The notes: a model not told the origin generated them from the letters alone. 64,000 nucleotides of DNA from Methanotrichaceae archaeon (GCA_963803145.1 CAWDLW010000017.1:160001-224000), one strand, 5' to 3'. Shown: positions 9,975 through 20,533, counted from the first letter of the stretch. Program-made: numbers and translations.

Positions 9975-11696
9975 ATGATTGACTGGATACATCCAGGACT
10001 TATACTGATCATCGGAGCTTTGCTTGTACCGTTTTTAAAAGGCAAATTGAGGCAGGCATATTTGATTATCCTCCCTCTAGCAGCGTTCATAGACGTTGCT
10101 CTAATGTATACAGGAATATTTGGAGATATTCCTTTCTCAGCCGGGCGTTTGCCCTTTTTAGAATATGAACTCACCTTTGGAAGGGTGGACAAACTGAGCT
10201 TTTTATTTGGACTCATATTCGCCCTAGCCTCAGTCCCGGTGACCATTTACTCGCTGCATGTAAAAAGTAGCAGTGAACACACGGCCCAGCTCATATATGC
10301 GGGAAGTGCGCTAGGTGTAGTTTTTGCGGGCGACCTCATCAGCTTGTATTTCTTCTGGGAGATAATGTCGGTCGCATCCATGCTCGTCATCTGGTACGGA
10401 GAGACGGATAAGTCGCATAGTGCAGGGTTTAGGTATATTATGTGGCACATAGCTGGTGGCATAATTCTGCTGGCAGGCATTGTTACGTATATTGCAAGCA
10501 CAGGCTCAATCGCCTTTAATGCCATCGGCTGGGGAGCTGGTAGTGCTCTTCTGCCATCTCTATTAATTTTCATCGGTTTTATATTAAATGCTGGCGTTCC
10601 CCCGCTTCATGCTTGGCTACCAGATGCTTATCCTGAGTCATCGGTTTCGGGCTCGGTATATTTGAGCATCTATACAACCAAGTCTGCAGTCTATGTTCTG
10701 GCAAGGGGCTTCGCCGGCTTTTGGCCTTTAATATGGCTCGGAGCTATAATGACTGTGTACCCCATCTTCTTTGCAGTCCTGGAGAATAACCTAAGGAGGG
10801 TTCTCTCCTATAGCCTAATCAACCAGGTGGGATTCATGCTATGCGGGATAGGAATGGGCACTGCCCTCTCCATGAATGGCGCAGTTTCTCACGCCTTTGC
10901 CCATATCATCTATAAGGGGCTGCTTTTTATGAGCGTGGGAAGTGTGCTCTATAGGACTGGAACAGCAAAGATCACGGATCTTGGCGGATTATACAAGACA
11001 ATGCCGCTGACCACAATTTTCTGTTTGGTGGGAGCGGCATCAATTTCGGCTTTCCCACTGTTCTCCGGGTTTGTGACCAAAGCGATGGTGGTCCAGGCAT
11101 CGGCAGTCGGAGGGCTGGCTATAGTATATGTTCTTCTGCAGCTTGCCTCAGCAGGTGTATTCGAGCATGCTGGCATAAAGGTTCCTTTCTTCACCTTCTT
11201 TGCCCACGACTCCGGCTTGAAGGCAAAGGACCCGCCAGTCCATATGCTATTAGGCATGGGGATAATGGCATTTTTCTGTATCTTTATCGGGCTATATCCA
11301 CAGCCGCTCTACCAGCTCCTTCCTTACACTGTTGATTTTGAGGCGTTCACAGCGCCCCATGTTGTAGAGACCCTCCAGCTGCTGCTGTTTGCTTCATTTG
11401 CCTTCTTCCTCCTCAAAACCTCTGGAATATACCCACCGGAGCGGAGGACTATTAGCCTCGATACCGACTGGCCATTGAGAATGGCAGCTGGGAAGTTTAA
11501 ATGGTTCATCGAGGGACCGTTAATGAATTTCGGGGCTTGGATGGATGGCAATATGAAGAAGATCGCTGCCGATTTCTCCGCGTTCGGGGGAGAAAAGGAA
11601 GAAAGAGTGCTAATAGGAGTATCCGTGATGTTGGCGCTCCTGTTCCTCGCCCTCTACTTGATAGTGGAGTTGGTGTATAGATCAATTGCTCATTAA
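9975..11696 (+). CDS. mrpD: Na+/H+ antiporter subunit D (third, long form)
   Basis: PPLHAWLPDAYPE, YTTKSAVYVLARGF, RRVLSYSLINQVGFM and HAGIKVPFFTFF motifs. Confidence 0.9.
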   Translation: MIDWIHPGLILIIGALLVPFLKGKLRQAYLIILPLAAFIDVALMYTGIFGDIPFSAGRLPFLEYELTFGRVDKLSFLFGLIFALASVPVTIYSLHVKSSSEHTAQLIYAGSALGVVFAGDLISLYFFWEIMSVASMLVIWYGETDKSHSAGFRYIMWHIAGGIILLAGIVTYIASTGSIAFNAIGWGAGSALLPSLLIFIGFILNAGVPPLHAWLPDAYPESSVSGSVYLSIYTTKSAVYVLARGFAGFWPLIWLGAIMTVYPIFFAVLENNLRRVLSYSLINQVGFMLCGIGMGTALSMNGAVSHAFAHIIYKGLLFMSVGSVLYRTGTAKITDLGGLYKTMPLTTIFCLVGAASISAFPLFSGFVTKAMVVQASAVGGLAIVYVLLQLASAGVFEHAGIKVPFFTFFAHDSGLKAKDPPVHMLLGMGIMAFFCIFIGLYPQPLYQLLPYTVDFEAFTAPHVVETLQLLLFASFAFFLLKTSGIYPPERRTISLDTDWPLRMAAGKFKWFIEGPLMNFGAWMDGNMKKIAADFSAFGGEKEERVLIGVSVMLALLFLALYLIVELVYRSIAH

Positions 11697-11936
11697 TTTA
11701 TTTATAATTGCAATCGTCCCGGCTAGGATAGGCAACAGGAGGTGTGAAGAAGAGGGAAGCCAAGGGCTGAGAGGATAGGGATGGGTCTCAACAAGAGAGC
11801 CACCTCTCAGCCCCGAGGGTGGATCTTGAAGGCGAGAGGTGAAGGATCAAAAATGGGCATATGAAGAATGAAGGAGAAAGTCAAGGCCAAGAGAGCTATC
11901 TAATCGGAGCAAATATAATCCTAAAAGGTGATAAAA

Positions 11937-12038
11937 ATGCATGATTACACGGTTGCCTTCATCCTGATGGCAACTATGACCCTATGGTTATATGTAACCT
12001 ACGTAATCCAGTCTGTGGCCCCATGGCTGCACTTATGA
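11937..12038 (+). CDS. Putative 33-aa single-TM microprotein
   Basis: AGGTGA SD then MHDYTVAFILMATMTLWLYVTYVIQSVAPWLHL*. Confidence 0.45.
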   Translation: MHDYTVAFILMATMTLWLYVTYVIQSVAPWLHL

Positions 12039-12225
12039 AACTCGTTGAATGAATGGCTATGCATGAAAATAGTGCATTCTGAATCTGGCACTACCTGGAG
12101 ATGATCATTTCAACTAAGGGAACATATTGCCCAGACAAGCCTTACACCAATGGATTGAATAAGCGGTTAAAAAATGAGATGAATTGTTATTCATAAGCCA
12201 AAAATTTGATAAAAAGGTGAGACAT

Positions 12226-12345
12226 ATGGACGCGGATGATAGATTGGTGCTTGCAGGTGCATCGATTGGAGTAGCCATGCTAGTTGTTTGGATCGCTTTT
12301 ATCATTATTCTCCTGTTGACCAGAGGACCAGAGGGGTACCATTAA
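12226..12345 (+). CDS. Putative 39-aa single-TM microprotein
   Basis: AGGTGA SD then MDADDRLVLAGASIGVAMLVVWIAFIIILLLTRGPEGYH*. Confidence 0.5.
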   Translation: MDADDRLVLAGASIGVAMLVVWIAFIIILLLTRGPEGYH

Positions 12346-12491
12346 ATTTGGCGTCGGCTTTCTCATGGCTGTCCTGGTTGTAGTCTTGATGGTAACAATC
12401 ATGTCTCTGTTGGTGCGAGGCCGAATGAAGTCTAAAGGTGCAGACCAATCTTAGTGGACCTCAAGTCGATGCTAGAAGTTGGGGAGATGAG

Positions 12492-12641
12492 ATGACCGAC
12501 AAGTACGCGCCTCACGATAAAAGTAAGGCTAGTAAAGAGGCCTTTTATGAGAACCTATTAGTAGCAATTGTTCTCATTTTCAGTTTCATATATTTTTCGT
12601 TTCAACTATATACATGGTTCATCGGTTTCAAAGGTAGTTGA
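12492..12641 (+). CDS. Putative 49-aa single-TM microprotein
   Basis: GGGGAG SD then MTDKYAPHDKSKASKEAFYENLLVAIVLIFSFIYFSFQLYTWFIGFKGS*. Confidence 0.5.
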   Translation: MTDKYAPHDKSKASKEAFYENLLVAIVLIFSFIYFSFQLYTWFIGFKGS

Positions 12642-12690
12642 CTAACGATGCAGATATCTAACGATGGGAGTTACCATCGGGCCCTAGAAA

Positions 12691-12732
12691 AGAGGCCGAA
12701 AAGGCCTCCAACATAGAGGTGACTAAATGCTG
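12691..12732 (+). repeat. 42-nt hairpin+SD+ATG leader, inverted copy at 15766-15807
   Basis: AGAGGCCGAAAAGGCCTCCAACATAGAGGTGACTAAATGCTG vs AGAGGCCGAAAAGGTCTCCAATAGAGAGGTGATGAAATGCTG (37/42 identical). Confidence 0.75.
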
Positions 12733-12785
12733 GTGCTCATATTGGCATATAGATTCTCACCATCGTAAGGTGGATGGTGGAGCCA

Positions 12786-13333
12786 TGAAGGCCAATTCTA
12801 AGAATAACATGCCTGAGGGCATCTATTTTTTGAGTGATGTACTCAATGCGAAGGTTCTCAGCAAGGGCAAAAAGATAGGCAAGCTTTCAGATCTGATCAT
12901 CGTAGATAAAGATAGAGTGGCTGAGGTCACTCATTTGGTGATCGTCCGCCCATTTGGCTATCCATTTCTTATGGTGCCCTGGGAAAAGGTCAGGTCTTTT
13001 GGTGAAAAGGAGATCGTCATCGACGTCGAAGATGTAGAGGAGTTCGCATGTAAAGTTCCAGAGAGTTTTGTGCTGCTGAAGGACTACATCCTTGACAAGA
13101 AGATTCTCGATATGGAGGACACCGAAGTTGAGGTGGTCTATGACATCAAGATGGTGATGAATAATAAGAATAAACTCTATGTCACGGATGTGGATCCGTC
13201 GAGATACGCACGATTAAGACGAACGGGCCTCAACTCCATCGCAAGTATATTTCACAAGGGTCAAGACCAAGATACGAGGAGATTCTTATTCAGAGGTTTT
13301 AAAACGCTCCACGAACGAGAAAGAAGAGTATGA
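12786..13333 (+). pseudogene. N-terminal (PRC-barrel) fragment of an MgtE-intracellular/CBS domain protein
   Basis: YFLSDVLNAKV...KIGKLSDLI...VPWEKV...LLKDYILDKKILDMEDTEVEVVYDI pattern. The resemblance is lost after about 13260 and the ORF ends early. Confidence 0.65.
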
Positions 13334-13574
13334 GGCATGCTGAACAGGGCGTCGGCGGATAAAAACGCCTAGAAAGCAACATCGAGCCGACTCCAGATAG
13401 TGTCGAAGAACTGAAGAATACATGAAAGAGAAGCATGGAATACGACCGTTTTCGACCCAGTGGATATGTTGCCAGATCTGGAGCGATGTAAGATCATGAG
13501 CATTGAGGGTCGGACGGTCATAAACGTGAGATGGTATATAGACGGGGTTTAACTGGCAAAGAATGTGATCGTTT

Positions 13575-14647
13575 ATGGTAATGATAACCGGGATTGATGT
13601 AACAGCGGTAGACGTTGCGTTGTTTGCTATAATCTTAATAGTACTGGCCGCACCGTTTAAAGTGAAGCTAGCTGAAAAGAACCTTGAGGCTTTTCTGTTT
13701 CTAATGGACTCTTAGGAGATACCCAACCTGCAAAGGGAATTCGACCTGCTAAAGCTGGCCTTTGAAGAGCTGATTGTGAAGGATTAGTACCGGCGGTACT
13801 AGTCGCTGGCCTTGCATTCTCCTATGGAAAGGAAGCCAGTTCAAGAGCCTTCATGAATGGCCTGGTTAAATCAGTTCCAATGCCAGGCTGGTCTTCCTGA
13901 TTGTTTTCTATGCAATGATTTCCAGCGTCATAACAGCCATATCAATCCTGTTAGGGAGATAATGAACTTAATGCCGATGAGCGCAAGGATAAGATCAACT
14001 GGTTATAATCCATGCTTCTCTATCGACCTGGGAGCAGTGCTAATCCTTTGGGAGAGCATCTGGTGAAGTGTTATTACGAGGTTGCAGGGGTTGCCCTATC
14101 ATGCAGGCTTCTGGTACCTCTTCGACGAGATGGGTGTACTCATCATCCTAGGCTGCGCCTTATGCGCTGCCTTCGGAGTATTCTAAGTGGACAAGAGGGA
14201 GCCAAAGAGGAAGTCATGGATATCGTTGGTGAAGGCGGCCTAAGGGACGTAATCGCTAGAGCATTCAAAGTTTACATATTGGTTTGTGCGTTGCTCTTAT
14301 TGGGCAGCGGGATGAATACTATTATCGAAAAGTATTTCGTCCACGTCCCGTCTGTGGCGCTGTATTGGTTTAACATAACATCCGCCCTGCTGGATAACGC
14401 GACGCTAGCCTCGGTTGAGATTGGACCTGCTTTGAGCCAGCTCCAGATTAACGCTGCTCTGATGGGACTGCTGATCTTCGGCGGAATGCTGATCCCAGGC
14501 AACATCCCGAACATCATATCTGCAGGTAAGCTAGGCATCACCAGCAGCGAATACGCCAACCTCGGAGTTCCATTTGGCCTCGTTCTGGGCGCGATCTTCT
14601 TCGTGCTGATTTTCGTTCTGAAATTCGCGCCCACTCTAGAAATATAG
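13575..14647 (+). pseudogene. DUF1646 family putative cation transporter, frameshifted pseudogene
   Basis: The 5' end reads VTAVDVALFAIILIVLAAPFKVKLAEKNLEAFLF then stops. The middle has several frameshifts and the 3' end is intact (LDNATL...GGMLIPGNIPNIISAGKLG). Confidence 0.85.
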
Positions 14648-14828
14648 GCACATGAAAAGCGATTGGGATTTTTTATCCCTTTTCTTTCACCGAAGCGCTA
14701 CAATTCGTAGTAACGCCCCTTTACTTTGCTTGAATAACCGTGTTTCTTCCCCATATCGCTACAAAGCAAGTAGGGCGCGTTCTACATAATTGTAGTCTTC
14801 TAATCAGGCTCTGCCGCAAAATATAGGC

Positions 14829-15000
14829 ATGACCGAGAATGTCAAGCTGAAATATGAAAGAGAGCACTTTGGGTGAGGCATTGAATATGTTCTCAAGGTA
14901 CGATTTCAGGGCGCTTCCGGTAGTCGATAATGGTGATAATATGATCGGCGTTGTCAGGTATAGGGATGTCACAAAGCTGACACATCACTTCTTGGAATGA
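14829..15000 (+). pseudogene. C-terminal CBS fragment of the same MgtE-intracellular/CBS gene type
   Basis: MTENV, then a frameshift, then ESTLGEALNMFSRYDFRALPVVDNGDNMIGVVRYRDVTKLTHHFLE*, a CBS motif. Confidence 0.65.
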
Positions 15001-15387
15001 AAGCATGCGAAAAAATTATAAGCCTTGATAAAAGAACTTCTCCATCAATAAAGATGAGCAATTCATGGTGAGACATCGAGTATGCCCATAGATCCACCTA
15101 TTATCACGATAATCACTGGTGGTAGTCTAATTATCATTGCGAATTTGATCTCATATATCAAGCAATGGATCAAGAAGAACGGAGAGAAAAATGGCGAAAC
15201 GATGTTTAATAATCGTGATGACATTGCATTTATAGAACCAGATAGGAGCACATTTGATTATATTATTCAACGTTATAATCACAGTATTCTTTTTAAGACT
15301 TCCGCCCAACTATTTTTTTTATTAATTATGGTGCTATTATTGCACGATTGTCGAGTACTGTAGCATGGATTGCAGAAAAAGAGATTG

Positions 15388-15771
15388 TCAGTGGAAGAGC
15401 AAGCCCAGCAGTTTCAGAGTGGCTATATCAGAGGATGGCAGATCCGCAGTGCTTAAAGCTGCTCCCAAACCTATTGAAAGGCACCCAATTATCAGAAAAC
15501 CCATCCGAGCTCTTCCACCCCCGATGGGTAGAAGTCTCACTGCACTGATAAGCATCACAAGCGGCAATATCGGCGTGAGGATCGATGCAGAGAGCCCTAG
15601 CGTAACCACTATACTTGATAGGACAACCATAAGAAAGGCCCCCTTTAATAAAGAGGCATTTCTATGATCAAACTGGAATATTTGCCGGATGAACGCGCTG
15701 CCTAACGACCCAGCCAACACTACACCAATTAAAGCAATCACACCTAGTTCAAAGGGATTCCCCTGCAGCAT
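15388..15771 (-). pseudogene. Short divergent DUF1646-derived fragment
   Basis: VVTLGLSASILTPILP...LSIGLGAAL aligns with the middle of the DUF1646 paralogs. It has its own SD and BRE-TATA (about 15849-15864). It could be a functional miniprotein. Confidence 0.55.
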
Positions 15772-16071
15772 TTCATCACCTCTCTATTGGAGACCTTTTC
15801 GGCCTCTCTTCTTGTACCATATGTAATTTTAATAACATGTATTCCGAATATTAAATGATTTTGGTAAGGACCTTTAATAAAAAGGAATTTTTCCTTTTTG
15901 GATCCATTCCCTTTTAGGAATTAAGGCATAATGCATTAAAACACTAATGATTAATCATAATATATTGATTCGAGATCTTTTTCATTATTCAACTCCAGAT
16001 TTCTTAAAAGCACAGCTGTTCATCGATTATTCTCCTGAGAAAAAAAGATAAAGCGATGCTTAAAGCATCGC

Positions 16072-17811
16072 TTAGGCACCAAGTCCCAGAGTGGGGGTGA
16101 ACTTCAGCACGAAGATTAGTACGTAGAAAATCGCGCCCAGAACAAGCCCCATTGGAACTCCGAGCTTCGCATACTCTTTGCTGGTAATCCCCAGCTTTCC
16201 TGCTGATATGATGTTGGGGATATTGCCGGGGATCAGCATTCCGCCGAAGATCAGCAGACCCATCAGAGCAGCGGTGATCTGAGCCTGGCTCATTGCCGGT
16301 GAGACCTCGGCCGCAGTCAGAGTGGCGTTGTCCAGAATGGCCGAAACCATGTTGAGCCAATACAGGACAAAATCCGGGATGTGGGTGAAGTACTTGAAGA
16401 TGATGACCTCCATTCCGGCGCCGAGAAGGAACAGAGCGGCTACGAATACGTAAACCTTGGCTGCTCTGACAACGACCTCTCTTAAGCCACCTTCGTCAAT
16501 GATCTCATTGACCTCTGCCTTGCCTGCCCTCTTGCCCACATAAAATGCTCCGAATGCAGCGCATAAGGCACAGCCCAGGATGATGAGTACACCAAGCTGG
16601 TCGAAGAGATACCAGAAGCCTGCGTGATAGGGCATACCCTGCAGTTTGGTTATGGCGATAGTGGACAGAGGCTCACCTAATGGAGTAAGCACTGCTCCAA
16701 GGCCTATGGAGAAGCAGCTGATTATGACAAGGTTGATCTTATCCTTGCGCTCCATTGGCATCAGGTTGACGATCTCAACAAGGAACAGCGATGTGATGAT
16801 GGCTGTGATAACGCTTGAGATCATTCCACAGAGGAATACAATTGCGAAGACCAGCATAGGCATGGGAAATGATTTCACTAGGCCATTCATAACGCCCTTG
16901 AAGGCATTTTTCCCATAGAAGAATACAAGGCCTGCAACCAGTACAGCGGGCACTATGCCCTTCAGAACCGGCTCCTCTGCGGCCAGCTTTACAAGGCCGA
17001 ATTCCCATTTGCTGGTTAGGGTGACTGCTAGGGCACCCATGACAAACAGAAATGCCTCAAGGTTCTTTTCAGCCAGCTTCACCTTGAAAGGTGCAGCCAA
17101 TACTGTTAGGAATATAGCAAACAAGCCTATATCGACAGGGGTTACACCGTAGCCTAAGTCGAGCGGCGCTGTCTGCATCATCGAGATCCTGCTTCCGGCT
17201 GCTGCAGCTATAATAGCCACTGCTAAACTTGCCGCAGCTGATATGAGCATATAGAACCCATTATCATATCTTGCTGAATGGGATCTTAGGTACCTGGTTA
17301 TGCCGACGAAGGATATGCCCCAGATTACCAGCACTGCCAATGCCGTCATGATATTGGCAGTGGTAGCTAGACCCATTTCGGCCGGAGCGGTCTGTACAAT
17401 CAAGAATCTGCTTGCTGTTGCAGCCGCTATTGCCACAGCTAAACTCACAAATATGGAGAATAGCATGTAAAACCCATTGTCGTATTGAGTGGAATGGGAT
17501 TTCATATATCTGGTTATGCCGACGAAGGATATGCCCCAGATTATCACCACTGCGATAGCCGTTATGACGTCGGCGGTTGTTGCCAATCCCATGCCGACAG
17601 GGGTCGTCTGCACCATCAAAAGCTTGCTTGCAGTTGCAACCGCTATTGCCACAGCTAAACTCACAAATATGGAGAATAGCATGTAAAACCCATTGTCTTC
17701 ATGGATCGAATGTGATCTTACGTATTTGTTTACCCCTGCGAAGGATAAACCCCAGGTTATTAGTGTTGCTATTGGGGTTATCATGCTTGTGGTTTCTATC
17801 CCTGCATACAT
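16072..17811 (-). CDS. DUF1646 family putative cation transporter with three N-terminal 72-aa membrane repeats
   Basis: The C-terminal ~360 aa closely match the 372-aa paralogs (EKNLEAFLF, LTPLGEPLSTI, GGMLIPGNIPN). The N-terminus has three WGxSFxG...SHS...DNGFYML repeats. Confidence 0.9.
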   Translation of the reverse strand: MYAGIETTSMITPIATLITWGLSFAGVNKYVRSHSIHEDNGFYMLFSIFVSLAVAIAVATASKLLMVQTTPVGMGLATTADVITAIAVVIIWGISFVGITRYMKSHSTQYDNGFYMLFSIFVSLAVAIAAATASRFLIVQTAPAEMGLATTANIMTALAVLVIWGISFVGITRYLRSHSARYDNGFYMLISAAASLAVAIIAAAAGSRISMMQTAPLDLGYGVTPVDIGLFAIFLTVLAAPFKVKLAEKNLEAFLFVMGALAVTLTSKWEFGLVKLAAEEPVLKGIVPAVLVAGLVFFYGKNAFKGVMNGLVKSFPMPMLVFAIVFLCGMISSVITAIITSLFLVEIVNLMPMERKDKINLVIISCFSIGLGAVLTPLGEPLSTIAITKLQGMPYHAGFWYLFDQLGVLIILGCALCAAFGAFYVGKRAGKAEVNEIIDEGGLREVVVRAAKVYVFVAALFLLGAGMEVIIFKYFTHIPDFVLYWLNMVSAILDNATLTAAEVSPAMSQAQITAALMGLLIFGGMLIPGNIPNIISAGKLGITSKEYAKLGVPMGLVLGAIFYVLIFVLKFTPTLGLGA

Positions 17812-17859
17812 TTTCGTTCACCTTCAAATTTTAATCGCTATTTCTGCTGCTATCTCTCC

Positions 17860-18627
17860 TTAGAAATTGGCTCCAAACGCCACCCCAACAAGGAGAATGG
17901 CCCCTACAAACATGCACGCCTTTGCACTCCACATTGCTATATTTTTAACTCCGTTTTTAAGTCCGTCTCTGCCTTCCGTGGCCTGTATCTCCATAGCAGT
18001 CACCTTCTCCTCAATGAAGAAAACGCTGATCAAACCGAGCGCCAGTATACATAGTATTACATACAGGCTTTGCAGTTCCAATGGCAAGACATTTATCGAA
18101 GGGAGAGATCCCTGCATTTTCGTTATGGCTATTGTAGAGTACGGCGTCTCTACCAGAGCCAGAACTGCTCCCAGGCATATGGATAAGCTTGCCATTATCG
18201 TAAGTTTTGCCCGTGTCCTGCGCTTAAGAGGCAGATGGTTCACCACCTCCACTAGCAAGAAGAACGGTAGTATAGGTGTGATGATGATTGCAGAAAGTCC
18301 AAGCACGACTACAATCTCCAAGAATATTACTTTCAGAGTGATTTCATCCAGGAGAGCGTCATTTATGCCGCGCAAAAAGTGTGGGCCTAGGTAGTGTGCT
18401 GTCAGTCCAGCCACCAACACAGATAGCACGATACCGACTATGATCGGTTCCTGGATTGCCTCCTCCACGAGACCTATGTGCCAGGATCTGGATATAGCAA
18501 CAGCGCATATGCCCATCAGAAATAAGAAAGTTTCAATGTTTTGTTCAATCCTTTTAACCAAGAGCGGACCTAAAAGTATGGCCACAAATATTGGAATCAA
18601 TCCTAATTCAACTGGGGCAAGCGCCAT
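17860..18627 (-). CDS. Divergent half-length DUF1646-like membrane protein
   Basis: IEQNIETFLFLMG and EEAIQEP match the DUF1646 N-half; the LDNATL/GGMLIPGNIPN C-terminal part is absent. GGTGA SD and BRE-TATA upstream. Confidence 0.8.
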   Translation of the reverse strand: MALAPVELGLIPIFVAILLGPLLVKRIEQNIETFLFLMGICAVAISRSWHIGLVEEAIQEPIIVGIVLSVLVAGLTAHYLGPHFLRGINDALLDEITLKVIFLEIVVVLGLSAIIITPILPFFLLVEVVNHLPLKRRTRAKLTIMASLSICLGAVLALVETPYSTIAITKMQGSLPSINVLPLELQSLYVILCILALGLISVFFIEEKVTAMEIQATEGRDGLKNGVKNIAMWSAKACMFVGAILLVGVAFGANF

Positions 18628-19204
18628 CTTGAGATCACCACATGAGATACGTCTTCGCCTTTGATTTAAATCAAAATTGGTGTTAATTCATATTAAAGCT
18701 TTTTGATATCCAAAACGGAAAAATATATTAATTATCGATCATGACGGTCATCTATTGTAGGATGACATATGATCCAACTTCAGAAAGCGAACGACGGGCT
18801 TTTCCTTCGACTGATGATTTTAATTTGGACTTATCATAAATTTATTATTAGTGCCAAATCCCTATTAAAGGTTTTCGTATCCACAAAAGAGGTTATATAT
18901 TAATTATTAACCATATAGTTTTTTCTTTTAGCCAGAAAGGATCGTAGTCCCGGACAATTCTGGTTTTACACCAATCATAATGATACAAATGGGATCAAAT
19001 GTTTACTTCATCAATGATTCATTAAGAAATCAAATTTAAATTATTTTATCTTATTTATTAAAACATTTCTTTTTATCATATAACTGCTCGCGATGGCCAT
19101 GATGTCTTGCTTCCATATCCGTTCTGGTTTTTCCATTGCTTGGATACGCCTACTCCAACAATTCGGCCAGGCTAATGCTATCGGAGTTAAGCTCAAAATG
19201 GAGA

Positions 19205-19633
19205 TTATGAGAAATGTTGAGATTGGATACCAATTATGGTTAGATTTAGTATATAAATGCCCCAACAGAATGATAGAAGGCCGATGAATATTAAGCTGAG
19301 CCCTGTGGGATTATGGAATATCATTGTTTCCCGGATGCCATTTATTGAGCCGATTAATCCGCTAAATGCCATTAGCATACCCATGATGCCCGCGGATAAT
19401 CTACAGAGTCTTGCGATCCATTCATTTCCTATAAATTGTCTGGTGGCAGGATCGACTAAGCTTAGCACATATATTCCTCCAAACGATGTGAAAATGCCAG
19501 CCGTGATAACAGTAAGGTCTCCCTTGCCGATGACTAATGCCATCGTCCCCCCAATTATCACCAACAGCCATCCAGTGGCAACAGTCGCGGTTCTTCTCGG
19601 CTTCATTAGTGCTCTCTCATTTAACATTACCAT
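19205..19633 (-). CDS. Hypothetical 4-TM membrane protein
   Basis: Four hydrophobic segments; no family recognised. Confidence 0.5.
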   Translation of the reverse strand: MVMLNERALMKPRRTATVATGWLLVIIGGTMALVIGKGDLTVITAGIFTSFGGIYVLSLVDPATRQFIGNEWIARLCRLSAGIMGMLMAFSGLIGSINGIRETMIFHNPTGLSLIFIGLLSFCWGIYILNLTIIGIQSQHFS

Positions 19634-20533
19634 CGATGATTAAATATTCCATTATCGAGAGGCCCATCCGAGGCCGCCAGCCAATCCACAAAGCTGATCC
19701 ACAAAGAACTGCAATGAGGCTCAAAGGCACAAAGGACTCACAATTTGGGTGCCTTCATAGCATAAAAGCATCTACGATTGCGGCTCCTTGAGTGAACTTT
19801 CTGTTGAGTTCTGATTGGCTATCTCCTATCCAATTCAGAACCACCAGAAATACTCTAGATACCGCCGACAAATTCTCATGGTGGAATGAGTTCAGCCATG
19901 CTTACAGGAGCTAAGGCAGACCAGACACTGATGGGAACATTACGGTAGCTAGAACAGCCAGGCACAACGTTCCAAGCAAAAAGGCTATTGCAAGCGTTTT
20001 ATCGCTCATTTCGACCTCCTTTTCTCATCGATTTACCATTTATTTCAATGAACAATTTAGTATTTATGCTTTTCTTGAAAGGTATGAAACAGAGAACAAA
20101 TATTTGGAAATATAATTATGTGCCTTAAAATTAATATTAACGATAAAAAAGACATTTAAGCGCATTTGACGCCAATTTTAAGTAACAGTGGCCAAGAAGA
20201 TTAATATGATGTTTTCTCAATAATTCATGATATTAGATATCCAAAATGGATAATAGCTCTCAAAGTATTTAAACTTCTAATCATGTGTCCAAAGAAAAAA
20301 ACACCAAGATGTATTCAATAACAAACCTAATTGAACTTATTGATTAAATTGCTAGCTATTTCTGAAAATTAATCGTTAAATGGGGAATCTTAAATTGATT
20401 AGGTATAAAGCAGGATTTATTTCAAATAACCAAAAATCCTTATGATTGTTATAATATGCGTAATTGGTTCGCCATGTTTACGAATATATGTTAAAAAAAG
20501 GGGCGGTCCTTTTGATGATCCTGGTTAAAGCCT

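Noticed and set aside
256-11696. NikR next to Mbh/Ehb-like membrane subunits suggesting an energy-converting [NiFe] hydrogenase
   Set aside because: No hydrogenase large or small subunit, NuoH-like or ferredoxin subunit is present. nikR lies outside the repeat-bounded island.
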